Of a stretch of 64,000 nt of DNA, positions 1-11,732 are shown piece by piece. The translations under genes were made by a program, and so were the position numbers. Within the stretch, counting starts at the first letter, position 1. Each line of letters begins with the position of its first letter. The stretch is taken from NCBI GenBank assembly GCA_010093815.1, contig ML996567.1; one strand, given 5' to 3'. Below the pieces are notes generated by a model. That model ran no database searches and was not told the origin of the DNA. It saw only the letters and a list, made by a program, of their open reading frames with translations. Source of the stretch: Pseudovirgaria hyperparasitica. Lineage: Eukaryota.

Positions 1-34
1 CCTTCTAGTTACTCTCGGACTAATGCTTGTGTAG

Positions 35-352
35 GCTGATGGTCGACTACTATACGTGTTTCTGAAGGACTCAGTCTCGAATACGCATCCGTCCAAGCCT
101 CAATCTCGCCCTGAGGTCGTCCGGCCAAATCCTCAAAGGGATGTAATGGATGTAGATATGGAAGACGATCAACGAAACATTCAGGTACGAAGAGCAGACC
201 CGTCGCTGCAAGATGGGAGATACGGTTTCGGTGACAACAACTACACGGCTAATGGTAGTGGAAGACGAAGGGATCACACCTTTCAAGGATCGGGTTTAAG
301 GTCTGATGATATGATAGGTCGAGGTCGCGGCTTCAGGAGACGAGGGAACTGA
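35..352 (+). CDS. 3' exon of a gene entering from the left edge; probable RRM-type RNA-binding protein with an RG-rich tail
   Basis: Branch point ctaat and acceptor gtag ending at 34. The frame then reads ADGRLLYVFLK...GRGRGFRRRGN*. ADGRLLYV resembles the last strand of a fungal RRM. Confidence 0.5.
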   Translation, partial: ADGRLLYVFLKDSVSNTHPSKPQSRPEVVRPNPQRDVMDVDMEDDQRNIQVRRADPSLQDGRYGFGDNNYTANGSGRRRDHTFQGSGLRSDDMIGRGRGFRRRGN

Positions 353-805
353 AGCCCTTGACGTTGGAATTGGGGTTACAAGCGATAAGGGACTATGAAT
401 GCTGGATACCTTGTTCTCCTGCTATGTATCAAGAGATCACTTACCGAGTTCATGATGGAGAAGGTCTGGCACACAGGCTTGGTATTACTCGGTCACCCTT
501 CGCATGCTGAGCTGGAGTCATCTTGAAGCACTCTTATAATATCTGGACGACATGTTATATCTGGTTGATATGTCTCCTTCTCAGGCTCCCGACCCTTCCG
601 GTTGTATACATAGAAATCTGAGATGATCAACTTTTGTGTCGCAATTACCGTATAAGTACTAGTCTGATCGGTCGGAGTACCCTTAGCCTCCCACTGACCC
701 GCAAACGACCAACAGGACCTCCGTGAGAACCAAAGCTAGGTTTCAAGTCCCCTGGGGATAGTTCCCAAAAAGTAACATTGGTGGCAACAGTATCACGATC
801 AGAGG

Positions 806-1791
806 ATGGCTGAGAATGATAATACAGAGTGGGACGAAGCCCAATGTAAGGAAGCACTTGGTCGCCTTGAGAGGCTTCAAGAGCAGGTTAGTATGGGCTA
901 TGTGTTCCTCATGACTGCTGCAACTACTAATCATTCTTTCTCAAGCTGGACTGTCTGCGTCCGTGTATTCCACATATCCTTGACCTGCTTCGCAACCCGC
1001 AGCCATCGCCTCAGCATCTCGTGAACGAATATAAGGAGACTGCTATTGGCTCATCAAGAAAACTTACTGCTTTCAAAGCAGCATGGGAGTCACAAGAGAC
1101 GAGAAAGATCATGGGCCAAGCGCAACAGAGTTTTCGAAATGATATGGATCTGACAGCAGGCTACCAAGTCCCTCATTACGGCTGGGCCAACGCAATGGAG
1201 CACACAATCGCGACAGAAATCAAGAACGAATCAAATGAGAATCAAAATTCTGAGTCCGATGAGTCGGAAGTAGATGTGTCGGTTGTAGTCAAAGACTTCA
1301 GAAATAAATATCCACATATCAAGATTATTACCGAATCAGAAAACAGCGTGCTTAAGGTGCGTAGTTGATACAAGTGTGGGCAGTTCTATACTGAAACATT
1401 TAGATTCGTGTCCCTTTCGACCTCTCAGCACTCAGATTCACTATTTCGAGAAACATCAATCTGGACGAGGACAAAGCACTCAAAGTACAATGTGGGGGTT
1501 CTGGTTCATTCTCTGCGGCTGTGACAAGATGTATAGCTTCAAGACCATCGCCTAATCATCTGCCTCGCCTTTTGGTATGTCCAGCAGTATCATATACGAA
1601 CAAGTATCTGACAGTAATAGGACATGATAGCAGCGTTTCATAATTCTGGCTACAATCCCTGCGCTCGTTGCAAAAAGATTATTGATGACAATGGGTTGAA
1701 GCCTGCTGCACGACGATCAAGATCTCCAAAACCTCTCGGTGCTGATGACCTTTCCTCCTGGGAGTCCTGGCACGAAGGCTGTCTCAATTGA
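806..1791 (+). CDS. MED27: Mediator subunit Med27-like protein, 4 exons
   Basis: Exons 806-886, 946-1356, 1404-1574 and 1621-1791 join in frame across GT-AG introns. The C-terminus CARCKKII...W.SWHEGCLN* matches the Med27 Cys/His motif. Confidence 0.75.
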
Positions 1792-1824
1792 TCTTGACGT
1801 AACTTTGGCAAGTCATACCCCAGA

Positions 1825-2364
1825 TCAATGCTGGATCCAGTGAGGAAACTCTTGCCACTGGGAGTATGTGCCGTCATATCCTCGCCACCTGGCTGCAATC
1901 GGCCAACGTCGCTTGTCGTTAGAGCCTCTCCAGACGGCATCTGAGTATGTCAAAGGGTTGACACTTCCGTACCTACGACTACGGAAATCGTACCTCTGAT
2001 ACGGCCGCTTTTGATAGAGCTTGACCCATGGCGCTGGTCTCAGGTTATTGTTGTCGAAATTCGGATCGTTTAACCGTGGATCTCTCTCGCTCGGGACATC
2101 CTCCATGTACTCCCATTGAGACCAGTGGGAACGGAGTGGGCGATGATCTTTTGCCATCCCTGCATGACCACTCGTTGTCATGTATATGTCAGGTCCTTTA
2201 TCTCCCAAAATGTCTTTCATTCGGCCCCATTTCGAACCATTCTTCCCATCCTTGGGCCAGACCATCGCATGGTGCGGCTTAAACTTTCGTAAGGGCACAC
2301 CATTCTGGACCCAGCCAACTCCAGGTACGAGGCCAATGTGTCCGAGAGGATTGGGATTCGCCAT
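1825..2364 (-). CDS. Hypothetical 179-aa Trp/Arg-rich protein, single exon
   Basis: Uninterrupted ATG ORF with a TATA-like ttatataa at ~2397-2404 upstream. No family recognised. Confidence 0.55.
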   Translation of the reverse strand: MANPNPLGHIGLVPGVGWVQNGVPLRKFKPHHAMVWPKDGKNGSKWGRMKDILGDKGPDIYMTTSGHAGMAKDHRPLRSHWSQWEYMEDVPSERDPRLNDPNFDNNNLRPAPWVKLYQKRPYQRYDFRSRRYGSVNPLTYSDAVWRGSNDKRRWPIAARWRGYDGTYSQWQEFPHWIQH

Positions 2365-3397
2365 GACTTCGAAGGGAGATTGATGAACTTGAGGTGTTAT
2401 ATAAGGCCCCTGAGGATGTGAAGAGCTTTTTTCGATACAAGGAGACTATACCGGCAGGATTGAAGATAGCAGAGGCTGTTTCAACGCAGAGGAGAAAGCG
2501 AGATTCGTGCTTCATTTGTTATATCTGTTCACACGGCCAGGTGGCAGCTGTTTGAGACGCAAACGTTTTGGGCGTGCACTGAAAGCAAACCACTATGGCA
2601 CGCATCGCTGGCTTGACATCCACACGATAGTAGCATTCATTGACGAACAATCCGCGCATGCTTCTCCAAGGGTCGACGGAACCTAGAGACCTGCATGGCC
2701 AGTGGAAAAGTCCTGGTGATTCGTCCTTCTACACGCCCAAGATTTAGGCAAGCTTGAGGATTTCTGCAGAGAGAAGCCAGGAAATGACTTGGCAAATATA
2801 GTTGTTCAATTGCTATAGGACAGCCTGCGAGATTTTATAACTGAGAAAGATCTGAGCCCACTATGTAGGTTATAGCATGACTTTAAATTCATATGTTTCT
2901 CTTGTTCGTTTAGACATGGTAGAATTCTCACATCAAGCGAGATTTTCAGCAACTCAATTGAACATAAACTGGTGAGGCTAAGTGTGACCATTGCCAATTG
3001 ACGGCAATGAGGATGTGTCACCCGTTGCTTTCAGATATGCTGTATGATATGCTCTAGCGTGATTTTAGAGATTAGGAAAGCCAAATCCTACTTTGAGCAG
3101 TAAGAGAACTTCATGTAAGAGTCGGACGTTGATCTAAATGTCTCTTGGTTCCAGTAGCAAATCATTAGATTCAAGATTAATTAGTGTCTGTCTGGTCATC
3201 CTCGTACGGAACAACTTCGGCGTTTGGAGCTCTATCCAGCTACCTCGCGCGACGAGCTCACCAAAAGTTGTAGTAACTCTCGCAATTTACTCTCTGCCTA
3301 CCTCCAGCGCGTTCTCCGGCGCCCAATAAAGCGCGTAGCCGCTTCTTGTTACTCTCTATACCCTAGAGCCTCTCGAACTCTTTCCTGTCACTCCACC

Positions 3398-6300
3398 ATG
3401 TCAGGCTTGTTCGGCAATCTAGGCGGCCAAAACAAACCAGCAGTAAGTGGATTGTTCGGTAACAGCGCAACTACAGCGCCAGCATCTACAACAAAACCAG
3501 CGCCAGTATTTGGGTCCGTAACCCCTTCGGTTCCTCAAAATCAGAACAGCAGTCTGTTTGGCTCAACAGCAGCCCAGCCGCAACAAGCAGGGATTGGTTT
3601 TGGCAACCCTCCAGCGACCACGACATCACAATCGACAGCGATTTTTGGGGGAAGCTTGGGCGCTACACCCGCGTTCGGAAATACAGGACAGTCAAAACCA
3701 AACCTCTTTGGTGGTGCCCAGACGAATACGACATCACAATCGACCGGATTATTTGGAGGAGGAGCGGGTGCTACGCCAGCGTTTGGAAATGTAGGGACAG
3801 CAAATGCGGCCAGCAATCCGCCCGCTGGAAACAGCTTATTTGGAGGGTTGGGAAGCAATACCTCGCAGTCACAACCAGGTCAGCAATCCATTGGTGGAAG
3901 CCTTTTCAGCTCGACGTTTGGAGCTCCGCCGCAGGGGCAAACACAACAGCAGCAATCGCAACCGCAATCGTCAGGCTCGCTCTCGCAATCAACCACGGCT
4001 CCTTCGCAATCTGCCTACTTTGACCATCTCCTCGAACGAGGGAAGAAAAGGAATCGACAACAGAATGATGCAGGGCAATTCAACGAGCTCCCGAGCCTAC
4101 AGCTTGGTCTTGGGGACATTGCTAGAAAAGTGCGCAACCTAGGCGCAAGCGGAGCACCAATAGCTCAAGCGCGCGACAGCAAAGCGTGAGTAAACGCAGT
4201 CATTGTAATGTGCACATACTTATCGGAGACATTAGACACTATTTACTTGCAGCGTCAGGCGTTTCGACAGGAGCTGCGTTGAAAGACCTCAATTCGTTCA
4301 AGGCGCAAGCTGGGATCGGGGCAGCGGTGTCTTCCCAGGCCGCAGATACCGACGTAGACACGTACATTGCCAATCTCCAATCACAATCCACACTTGCTAT
4401 GATTGCAGAGGGTTTGGAGCAGTCCAAGCGCGACTTCGATACATTTCTGGAAGACAACGTTCAGATGGAATGGGATGCGCAACGTAAACGTATATACGAA
4501 CACCTTGGCCTGTCTAAGCCACATGAGGACATAGATGGCGAACATAACTCTCCGAATCCAGCAGTCCGGGGCGCTTTTGGGAAATCTAGCCGTCGGAATC
4601 GATTAGGAGGTACCACAAATGGTGCGGGAATGTCTCTCAGGGGAGCAAACATGGGTCGATCAGTCATTGGGACACCCAGCAATAGCCGATTTGGCAGAAG
4701 TCATGCGGGAGCAGACACCGGCGATAAATCAGGTCCTGGTGCTCAGCCAGAGAATCCATTGACCCGTGGCAAGCAAGAGAAGTTTGCAGAGAAGGTCAGG
4801 GGTCTGAACACAGCGAGGGATAGAGACTGGACTTATGCTATTCTGGCGCAATTCTCCGAAGTCGAGTCACAGTCTGGAACAGACGTGAATAAGATCCATC
4901 TCAGGAAATTGGAACTATGCTAATGGTTGACCAGACTTCGCAACAATACGTAGATGCCTATAAGGCACTCATGAACATCACTGGAGAAGTTGCGACGGAA
5001 CGTCCGACTGATCCTGGGTCGATAAGGGAACGACAGTATGCGAAAGCATACTTAGATGATAGCACAAACACGGCCGACAGCATTCATATACGCAAGCGCA
5101 TTCTGAGTGGATCACTCAAGTTTTTGGAAAACAAGTTCGTCTCCATGGGTAAAGCGCCAGAGCTGAAGCTAACCAGCATTCTATCAGATTTTTACTCGAC
5201 GTACAAAATGCGGTCGACAAGAATCGACAAGAAGCAGCTCCAGGCGGTGTTCCATCAATCATCAGTACCGTACGTGCTTACATCACACTTCGTGCGAATC
5301 GCAAAGAGCTCTGCAAGAATCCCGATCTACTCCAAATAGTAGGGGATGACTACTGTTGGGTAGTAGTCTTCTATCTGCTCAGAGCTGGCCTGAACTCAGA
5401 AGCCGTCAACTATGTCAAGGAACGTGAGCGCGCTTTCCGGGCATTTGATCGTCGCTTTCTAGAGTACATCACAGCTTATGCGAAAGATCCCGAGCGAAGG
5501 TTGCCGCGTGAGAAGCAACAAAGCTGCAGTAACGAGTTCAAGAACCGCATGCAGAATCCAGACCTAGATCCCTACCGCCAGGCCTGTAACAAGATAGTTG
5601 GACGCTGTGATCTTGGAAGGCGCACTCTTGGAGAACTTACTCAAGGTATGGATGACTGGGTATGGCTACAGTTCAATCTAGCCCGCGAAACCAATCGTGT
5701 CGAAGACAGTGCGGGTGAGGCCTTTGGTCTGGACGAATTGAGGAGTACAATGGCCGAAATTGGCAAGAAGCATTTTCCTCTGGGCACCGAGGGCACCAAC
5801 GGCTTTACAGTGTTCTTCTTCTTACAGATTCTGGCGGGCATGTTTGAAGAGGCTGTAAGCTACCTGTACCAACACAACTATGTATCGGCCGTCCACTTCG
5901 CCATCGCTCTTAGCTACTATGGGCTTCTTCGCGCCTCAGACTTTGCTACATCCGGCTCGGAGATCCTCACCTTTACGACACGGAACAAACCACAGCTCAA
6001 TTTTGCTCGTATGATTGGTCTCTACACTATGGACTTTCGGGCTGCCAAGTCAGATGTCGCTGTCGAGTATCTTATCCTCATTGCTCTCAACGCCGATCTG
6101 CCCGGTCAACTCGGCCAAACCCACACCGATGTTTGCCAGGAAGCTCTTCGGGAGCTCGTTCTCGAAACGCGTGAATTCGCGTCTCTGATCGGCGACATCC
6201 GCAACGATGGCCAACGTATCAAAGGCGCCATCGAACGCCGTCTTCGCTTAGTCAAGCTCCAGTCGGACAATGACTTCCTGCGCAAGGTGACCATCAACGC

Positions 6301-7012
6301 AGCACATGTCGCCGACAGCAACGGCCGCATGACCGATGCCGTGCTTCTCTACTACCTCTCTAACGAAATGTCCAAAGCCTTCGACGCCGTTCTACGCGTC
6401 GTGTTCGAATACCTCGCCACCGACCTGGGCACGTCCGCCACAATCGAGCCCCTGAAGCCACGCGCGACAGACACGCAGGCCAACGCACCAACAAACAGTA
6501 GTCTCAGTCTCCTCGCAACTGAAGACCCCCTGCAGCTTGGCGAAGCCTTCAAACAGCTGCGCGAGCGCTGGGGTGACGTGAACAACTATACTACGCAGAC
6601 CATGGAGCAGGACGCGCTCTTGAACGTCCAACTGCTCATGGTCAAAGCGAAGCGGCTCGTCGAGGCTGGGAACTGGGGCGCGGCGCTGGACTGCATGACT
6701 CAATCCAACATCCTCCCACTCTCAGCCAAAGGAAACACAGCAGCCATCCGGCAGAGCGTGACCAACATGAACCAGTGGGACTACATCATGCGCAATGCCG
6801 GCAACTTCATTCTCTGGGCCATCCTGTGCTGCGGCAAGCAGCGCGAGGTGATTATGCAGCGACAGTACGAGAATGCGCAGAGCAAGAATGTGGCGGACGA
6901 CTTGCTGCAGAAGGCGCGGGATCTCATGGTGTTTGCGGGCCTGGTCCGGTATAAGCTGAGCCCGAGGGTGTACGAGGCGTTGGCGGAGGTGGGGCAGGAT
7001 GTTGGTGTTTGA
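3398..7012 (+). CDS. NIC96: Nucleoporin Nic96/Nup93 with an N-terminal FG-repeat region
   Basis: ATG in ccaccATG context. Introns at ~4186-4235, 4885-4934 and 5135-5187. Motifs ELPSLQLGLGDIARKVRNLG, AHYLLAASGV, DPYRQACNKIVGRCDL, DWVWLQF, AVHFAIAL and FAGLVRYKL. Confidence 0.93.
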
Positions 7013-10000
7013 TGAGGGAGATCTGGGGAGGCTCGGGAGATGATTGTTTTCGGTCTGGTTGTGGGGGTATTGCCGTGGTTTGTGGGAGCAATTCGCACGA
7101 TGGGCACAAGTCTCGACGTGATGAGAGAGAGAGAGAAGGGGAATGTATGATAGAGGCAAAACGCGGCCTAGCTGGTTGCTTGGATAGATGGAGAGAGACA
7201 CAACGATAATAAACTCTGTGTTTGCCATGACGTTGTGTTGTCTCTCCGGGATGATTATAGATGCAAGTTCATGATTCTAATTACAATAGTCCAGTGTCGG
7301 CATATGGCGTGTATACTGTAGTGAGGTACTAGTATCGCCGCCCCCCAGGCCACCGACGCGAAATATAATTCAAAGCCATTAATAGTGTGGATGGAATACT
7401 AGTGTTTGTTCCAAGAACTCCAACAGTTTTTGATTGTATCCATGTCGTGTTGGTAGTTGGGGGAAGCGGGAACATGTATGATGTATCGTGGGGGCCTACC
7501 TGCTGGTTATAGATGGGGGCTGTCTGTCATTCCATGCATGCATGCAAGGTATTTTTATTCTTGATCTGATCTGATCGTAATGCTCTGAGAAGAGAAGTGG
7601 TAGGGATAGATGAGGATGAGTTGGATAGGTAGGCATGCATTTGACGTCATGTTCTGTCTATCATGGATGTTGAGGTGTGTCACGGGGTCGATTCTCGAAC
7701 TGAGAACTGCCATGTTTGGGGCCATTATTATTATTATTGTTTACAAGTTTTTGTTCGGATGTGAGTTGTACATTTGCGTTGTTTTGGTACGTGATTTGAT
7801 CCATATATATTTATTTATATCTCTATGTTATGTTTATACCGTTGGAGGGACATTGTCCCGATGTAAGCTCAGCTAGCTGACAATGGATCTCTTGTTCCTC
7901 CAAACGAGCGCACCCATCCTGCTCCTGTGGGATGTATTTAGCAGCAAAAGTACAACGGTTAGCGTTTCGACAGGCTCTCCCCGTCATGGTAATAGCATGT
8001 ATGTATAGGCAGTTTCGAGGCACATATGATAGGTAACATTAGGAACCCCCCTCTTGGCGCAAGGGCAAGAAGTCGTCAAACAACGGGGTTTTCGGGCCGG
8101 AAAAACAGCGAACCGCGAGGCGACGAACCGCAAATGAGCGGCTTTTTTTTTGGGTATTCAACAGCGTACTTAAATATAGACTACTATCTTATCACGCAAA
8201 GGCATCGGCGTTTCTCGCCTACCCCACCCCGCCCGGTTGATTGGGCCTTGTTGTTAATCATCTCAGATCGATCTGGGATGGGGAATCCCCCATTCGGCCC
8301 GCCTGAAGTCGTTTTTTTCTGTTTGTGCTTAGTATAGATAATCAGTAAATAACTCACACGTCTGATTGTGCTTTGACGAGTGGCGGATGCTTGTCCTGCA
8401 AAGCGTCTTGGAGGCAGCTTGGCTTGGTTCCTGGATGGATCCGGATTAGGGAGGTCGATGTGCATGTTGCAACGATAGGGGCGCACGTGTGACTAGAGCA
8501 GAACAGAACAGAACAGAATGGAACAGAATGGGAACGGAGGGCAACTCTCGATCGAGCAGCTAGGTCGTGGTACGAAGACGGATGACCTGTTCCAGAGATC
8601 ATGCGCCGTAGAATCAGGATTTCATGCGCGCAAAGCAAAGCAGATCTCAAGGCAACTTATATAATAAGGCCTGCCTGCATTTACCAAATCAATTTCAAAT
8701 CGAATCAAATAGATCAATCACAAGTAGTCGCACCAAAGAATATGGCAGGAGCTGCATATAGTGAGACTGGGCCATCCTGAATTGGGAATGTGTAGTAACA
8801 ATACTGTAACAGGATGATAGAAGGTTAGAAAACATGACACAGAGAACGTGATGCGAACAGTTGAAGCAGCCCCTGAAGTTTCGACAATGGATAGGCGGCG
8901 ACGGGCCTTCGGAAAGGACATCGATATGGCTGCCTGCCTGAAACGGACGGCGATGCGCGGGCGGGCTCATGTGAACTGTCTGTCTGTCTGTCACCCATGG
9001 CACCACCACCACCACCACCACCTGTAAACCCCCCTAACTAATATGCCGGGTAATAGAGTGGACTCTCAGTGGAGTAGATTGCAGGGTACATACGTACCGA
9101 GGACGCGTACAATAATAATTAGCTCATCCAGGACTTCGAGTGATTTTTGCGGGGAATTAATCTACTCTTGCGCTACAGAAAAGGGTTCTGTGCGATAGGT
9201 AATTAATCTAGGGGAGGGGTTCAATAATAATTCCCTACTAATACTGTATGTATATAATTATAGTGTGCGATGAATGGTGGATCGGCCGGGGACCCCCTTG
9301 CCAAGCCAAGGAGTGGTTAGTGTAAGCGATGTTTCTATTTATTGTATTACTACTGGAGGAATGAATGGGGTTCCGGTGGATATTGTCAGAGATGGCGCGG
9401 CAGTGACATTTGGTATGTATGTATGTAGAGAGAGAAAAGGGAGAGAGAGAGGTATATTCTCTATTTGACTTGGGACTGTGCGTCCGTGAAGGAAGTAGTA
9501 CATGGTCTAGTATGGAAGATTTACTTTGTAGCAGGTAATGGCTCGTACGGTACTCAACTGGCTTCTTACTGTGGAACTACTAATTACAGCTGACGTTGGA
9601 ACTGCACACAAAGAAGCCAAATCTATAGCGCTGATTTCGAGCGCTGGCAGAATGCTGAGGAATGCCTTGTAAGCGAAGGGGGCGTATCCATCCATAATGT
9701 TTGCGAAATGCTGACTGGAAGAAGAAGCCCTGAGGCTTTGTTCAGCCCGTATTCCTTATGTTTTCTTACACGCCTTCAATGGTCTGTCTCTACTTCTTGA
9801 CGTGAGAAAGTAGTTGGAAGGATTCGCATTCCATATGGAATGTCACCAGCCTACTGTTAGTGTTGTGTATAGTGTTGGCTATGGGGAAATAAATAGAGCG
9901 GGGAGTGACGCTTCGCATGAGGAACTAATGCCACACAGACTGGTGCAGGGGCCAGCCAGCAAGGCTAAGCTCTCAGTCGTGAATTATCATCATGTCGCTG

Positions 10001-10209
10001 TACTTGCTGTACGGACGGTTTCATACCAGCCGTACAGTAAGCAGGTATGTGGAGACGCGGTGAAACCAGGGGGTTGCAGCAGCAGTCAGCGGTGTATCGG
10101 CGCAATGTGTGGTCGAATTTCTTCCTGGAGAATCGCAGAGACAAGCAGCTGGGGGGGCAGGAGATCAACTCGACCAGAAAGACAGAGGAATATGTACAAA
10201 CAGTTTGAA

Positions 10210-10233
10210 GATGATGATGATGATGATGATGAT
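10210..10233. repeat. (GAT)8 microsatellite
   Basis: Read directly from the sequence. Confidence 0.9.
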
Positions 10234-10492
10234 GACGGCGGCGGTGCAGATTTGGGGGTGATGAGGAAGTTGAAGTGTTGGAATAGTAGTCGAAAATAGC
10301 GACAAGGGGGGCCTGGGGGCAGCCAAGTCCGCTTTGTGCCAGGAAAAATGGGCAAAAAAGCCCCCGAAGCCGGCTGGGGTTGGTGCCTTGTGCTGCCTCT
10401 TTTTTTCTCCACCGCCGCCTCCACTGGGTCGAGTGCCTTAATTAGTCCCTTGCTGGTATGTATGTAGTAGTGTAGTATGTAGTGTAGTCCCC

Positions 10493-10528
10493 CCAGTCCG
10501 CCAGTCCACCAGTCCACCAGTCCCCCAG
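10493..10528. repeat. Tandem 8-mer (CCAGTCCN) x4.5 in the HAC1 promoter
   Basis: ccagtccg ccagtcca ccagtcca ccagtccc ccag. Confidence 0.85.
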
Positions 10529-10726
10529 GTCCATAAAGGCCACGTTTCGCCCTCTCTTTTCCATCCCCTTCCATCTCCTCACACACACACACACACCAGC
10601 AACAACAACAACAATACACAGTCATCTCCCTCAAGGCTGCCACTTTTTGTACCTGTTTGCATATTTATCCCCGCACTTCCTGCACGTCCTGGTTCCAGGT
10701 TTTGTTTTGTTTCCACTCATCCCACA

Positions 10727-11673
10727 ATGTCGACTACCACCACCCTACTCAACTCCTTGACACAAGATCTCCTGACCCACAACACCTCGACTCCCTCTCC
10801 ACCGCAACAGACAATCAAGCTTGAGGACATCCAGAATTCCCCGATGCCTCAAACTCCGCCTTCATCAGGCACAATGCCTGGTTCGCTGTCCAAACCTCCT
10901 ACATCCCACCCCAAGGATCAGAAGACACAGCCTAAGAAAAGAAAATCATGGGGCCAAGCCCTCCCCGAACCCAAGACCAACCTCCCTCCTCGTAAGCGAG
11001 CAAAGACCGAAGACGAGAAGGAACAAAGACGCATCGAACGTGTAAAGCGTAACCGTCTCGCCGCCCACAACTCCCGCGAGCGTAAGCGTCAAGAGGTCGA
11101 TGAACTCCGAGACGAGAGAGACCATCTCGCCCGTGAGAATTCTGCTCTGCGGGAAATCATTGCGAAATACGCCCAAGTCGGTGTCAAGATCGAACTCACC
11201 GATTCTCAGCAAAATGTCCTCGACTCCACTGAGACTGCCGATTGGATGACCATGAATCCCCGCAAAGCCTCGTACGACACCTCCGGCCCAGAAAGCTCGC
11301 CGTCCCTTGGCAGCATTGAATCCCCTACCGATACCACCTCCCAGCCGGCAACCCCAGCGATGATGTCCATTCCTGAGCCCGATTTGACACAACATTCTGC
11401 TGCAATGTTGTGTGACCTGCAGTGTCAGTCGGAGCTCAGCAATTGGCATCTTCACTTGGCAAGCCTGGCTACGACAACTTTCTTACGATGGACCCAATCA
11501 TCCGCGACGAGCCTCTCTTCCAGGACAATCTCTTCGACCTTTCCACGGATGACGACAGCGCCTCTCACTTTATGAACTTGAACTTTCTCTCCTCCGTCAA
11601 CGAGTTCACGGAAGCTGGAAACGAGCCCTTCTTCGAGTCCTTTGTCAACTTTCCTGAACAACGCACTGCATGA
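10727..11673 (+). CDS. HAC1: bZIP unfolded-protein-response transcription factor Hac1/HacA. Unspliced form is 282 aa (stop at 11575); IRE1-spliced form is 308 aa (stop at 11673)
   Basis: KKRKSWGQ.LPEPKTNLPPRKRAKTEDEKEQRRIERVKRNRLAAHNSRERKR basic region and DLTQHSAAMLCDLQCQS intron signature. Removing 20 nt switches to an acidic/aromatic C-terminal frame. Confidence 0.96.
11400..11419 (+). other. Non-spliceosomal 20-nt IRE1-cleaved intron (CTGCAATGTTGTGTGACCTG)
   Basis: Two stem-loops with 7-nt CNG|CNGN loops: acaacatt-CTG|CTGC-aatgttgt and tgac-CTG|CAGT-gtca. Confidence 0.93.
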
Positions 11674-11688
11674 GCTTCTGGCTTGCTC

Positions 11689-11732
11689 GCCGAACATTGG
11701 CGCAACAACTTCTTGTTAGCGACGGTTCTGGC
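11689..11732 (+). promoter_or_regulatory. HAC1 mRNA 3' bipartite element (3'BE)-like hairpin
   Basis: TGGCGC (11698-11703) and GCGAC (11719-11723) are brought together by the inner stem aacaa/ttgtt (loop cttc) and the outer stem gccgaac/gttctggc. Confidence 0.7.

Noticed and set aside
3224..3397. N-terminal extension of the Nic96 ORF from a TTG start
   Set aside because: Non-ATG start; the ATG at 3398 has good context and begins the FG region.
8041..8152. GC-rich stretch with a repeated cgaaccgc ending in a T-run, a possible Pol III ncRNA
   Set aside because: No A/B boxes, cloverleaf, or recognisable snRNA/snoRNA boxes.
9814..10643. ORFs of 161 and 185 aa upstream of HAC1
   Set aside because: Non-ATG starts; kept open by microsatellites (poly-Asp, poly-Cys, poly-Ser); no protein-like character.
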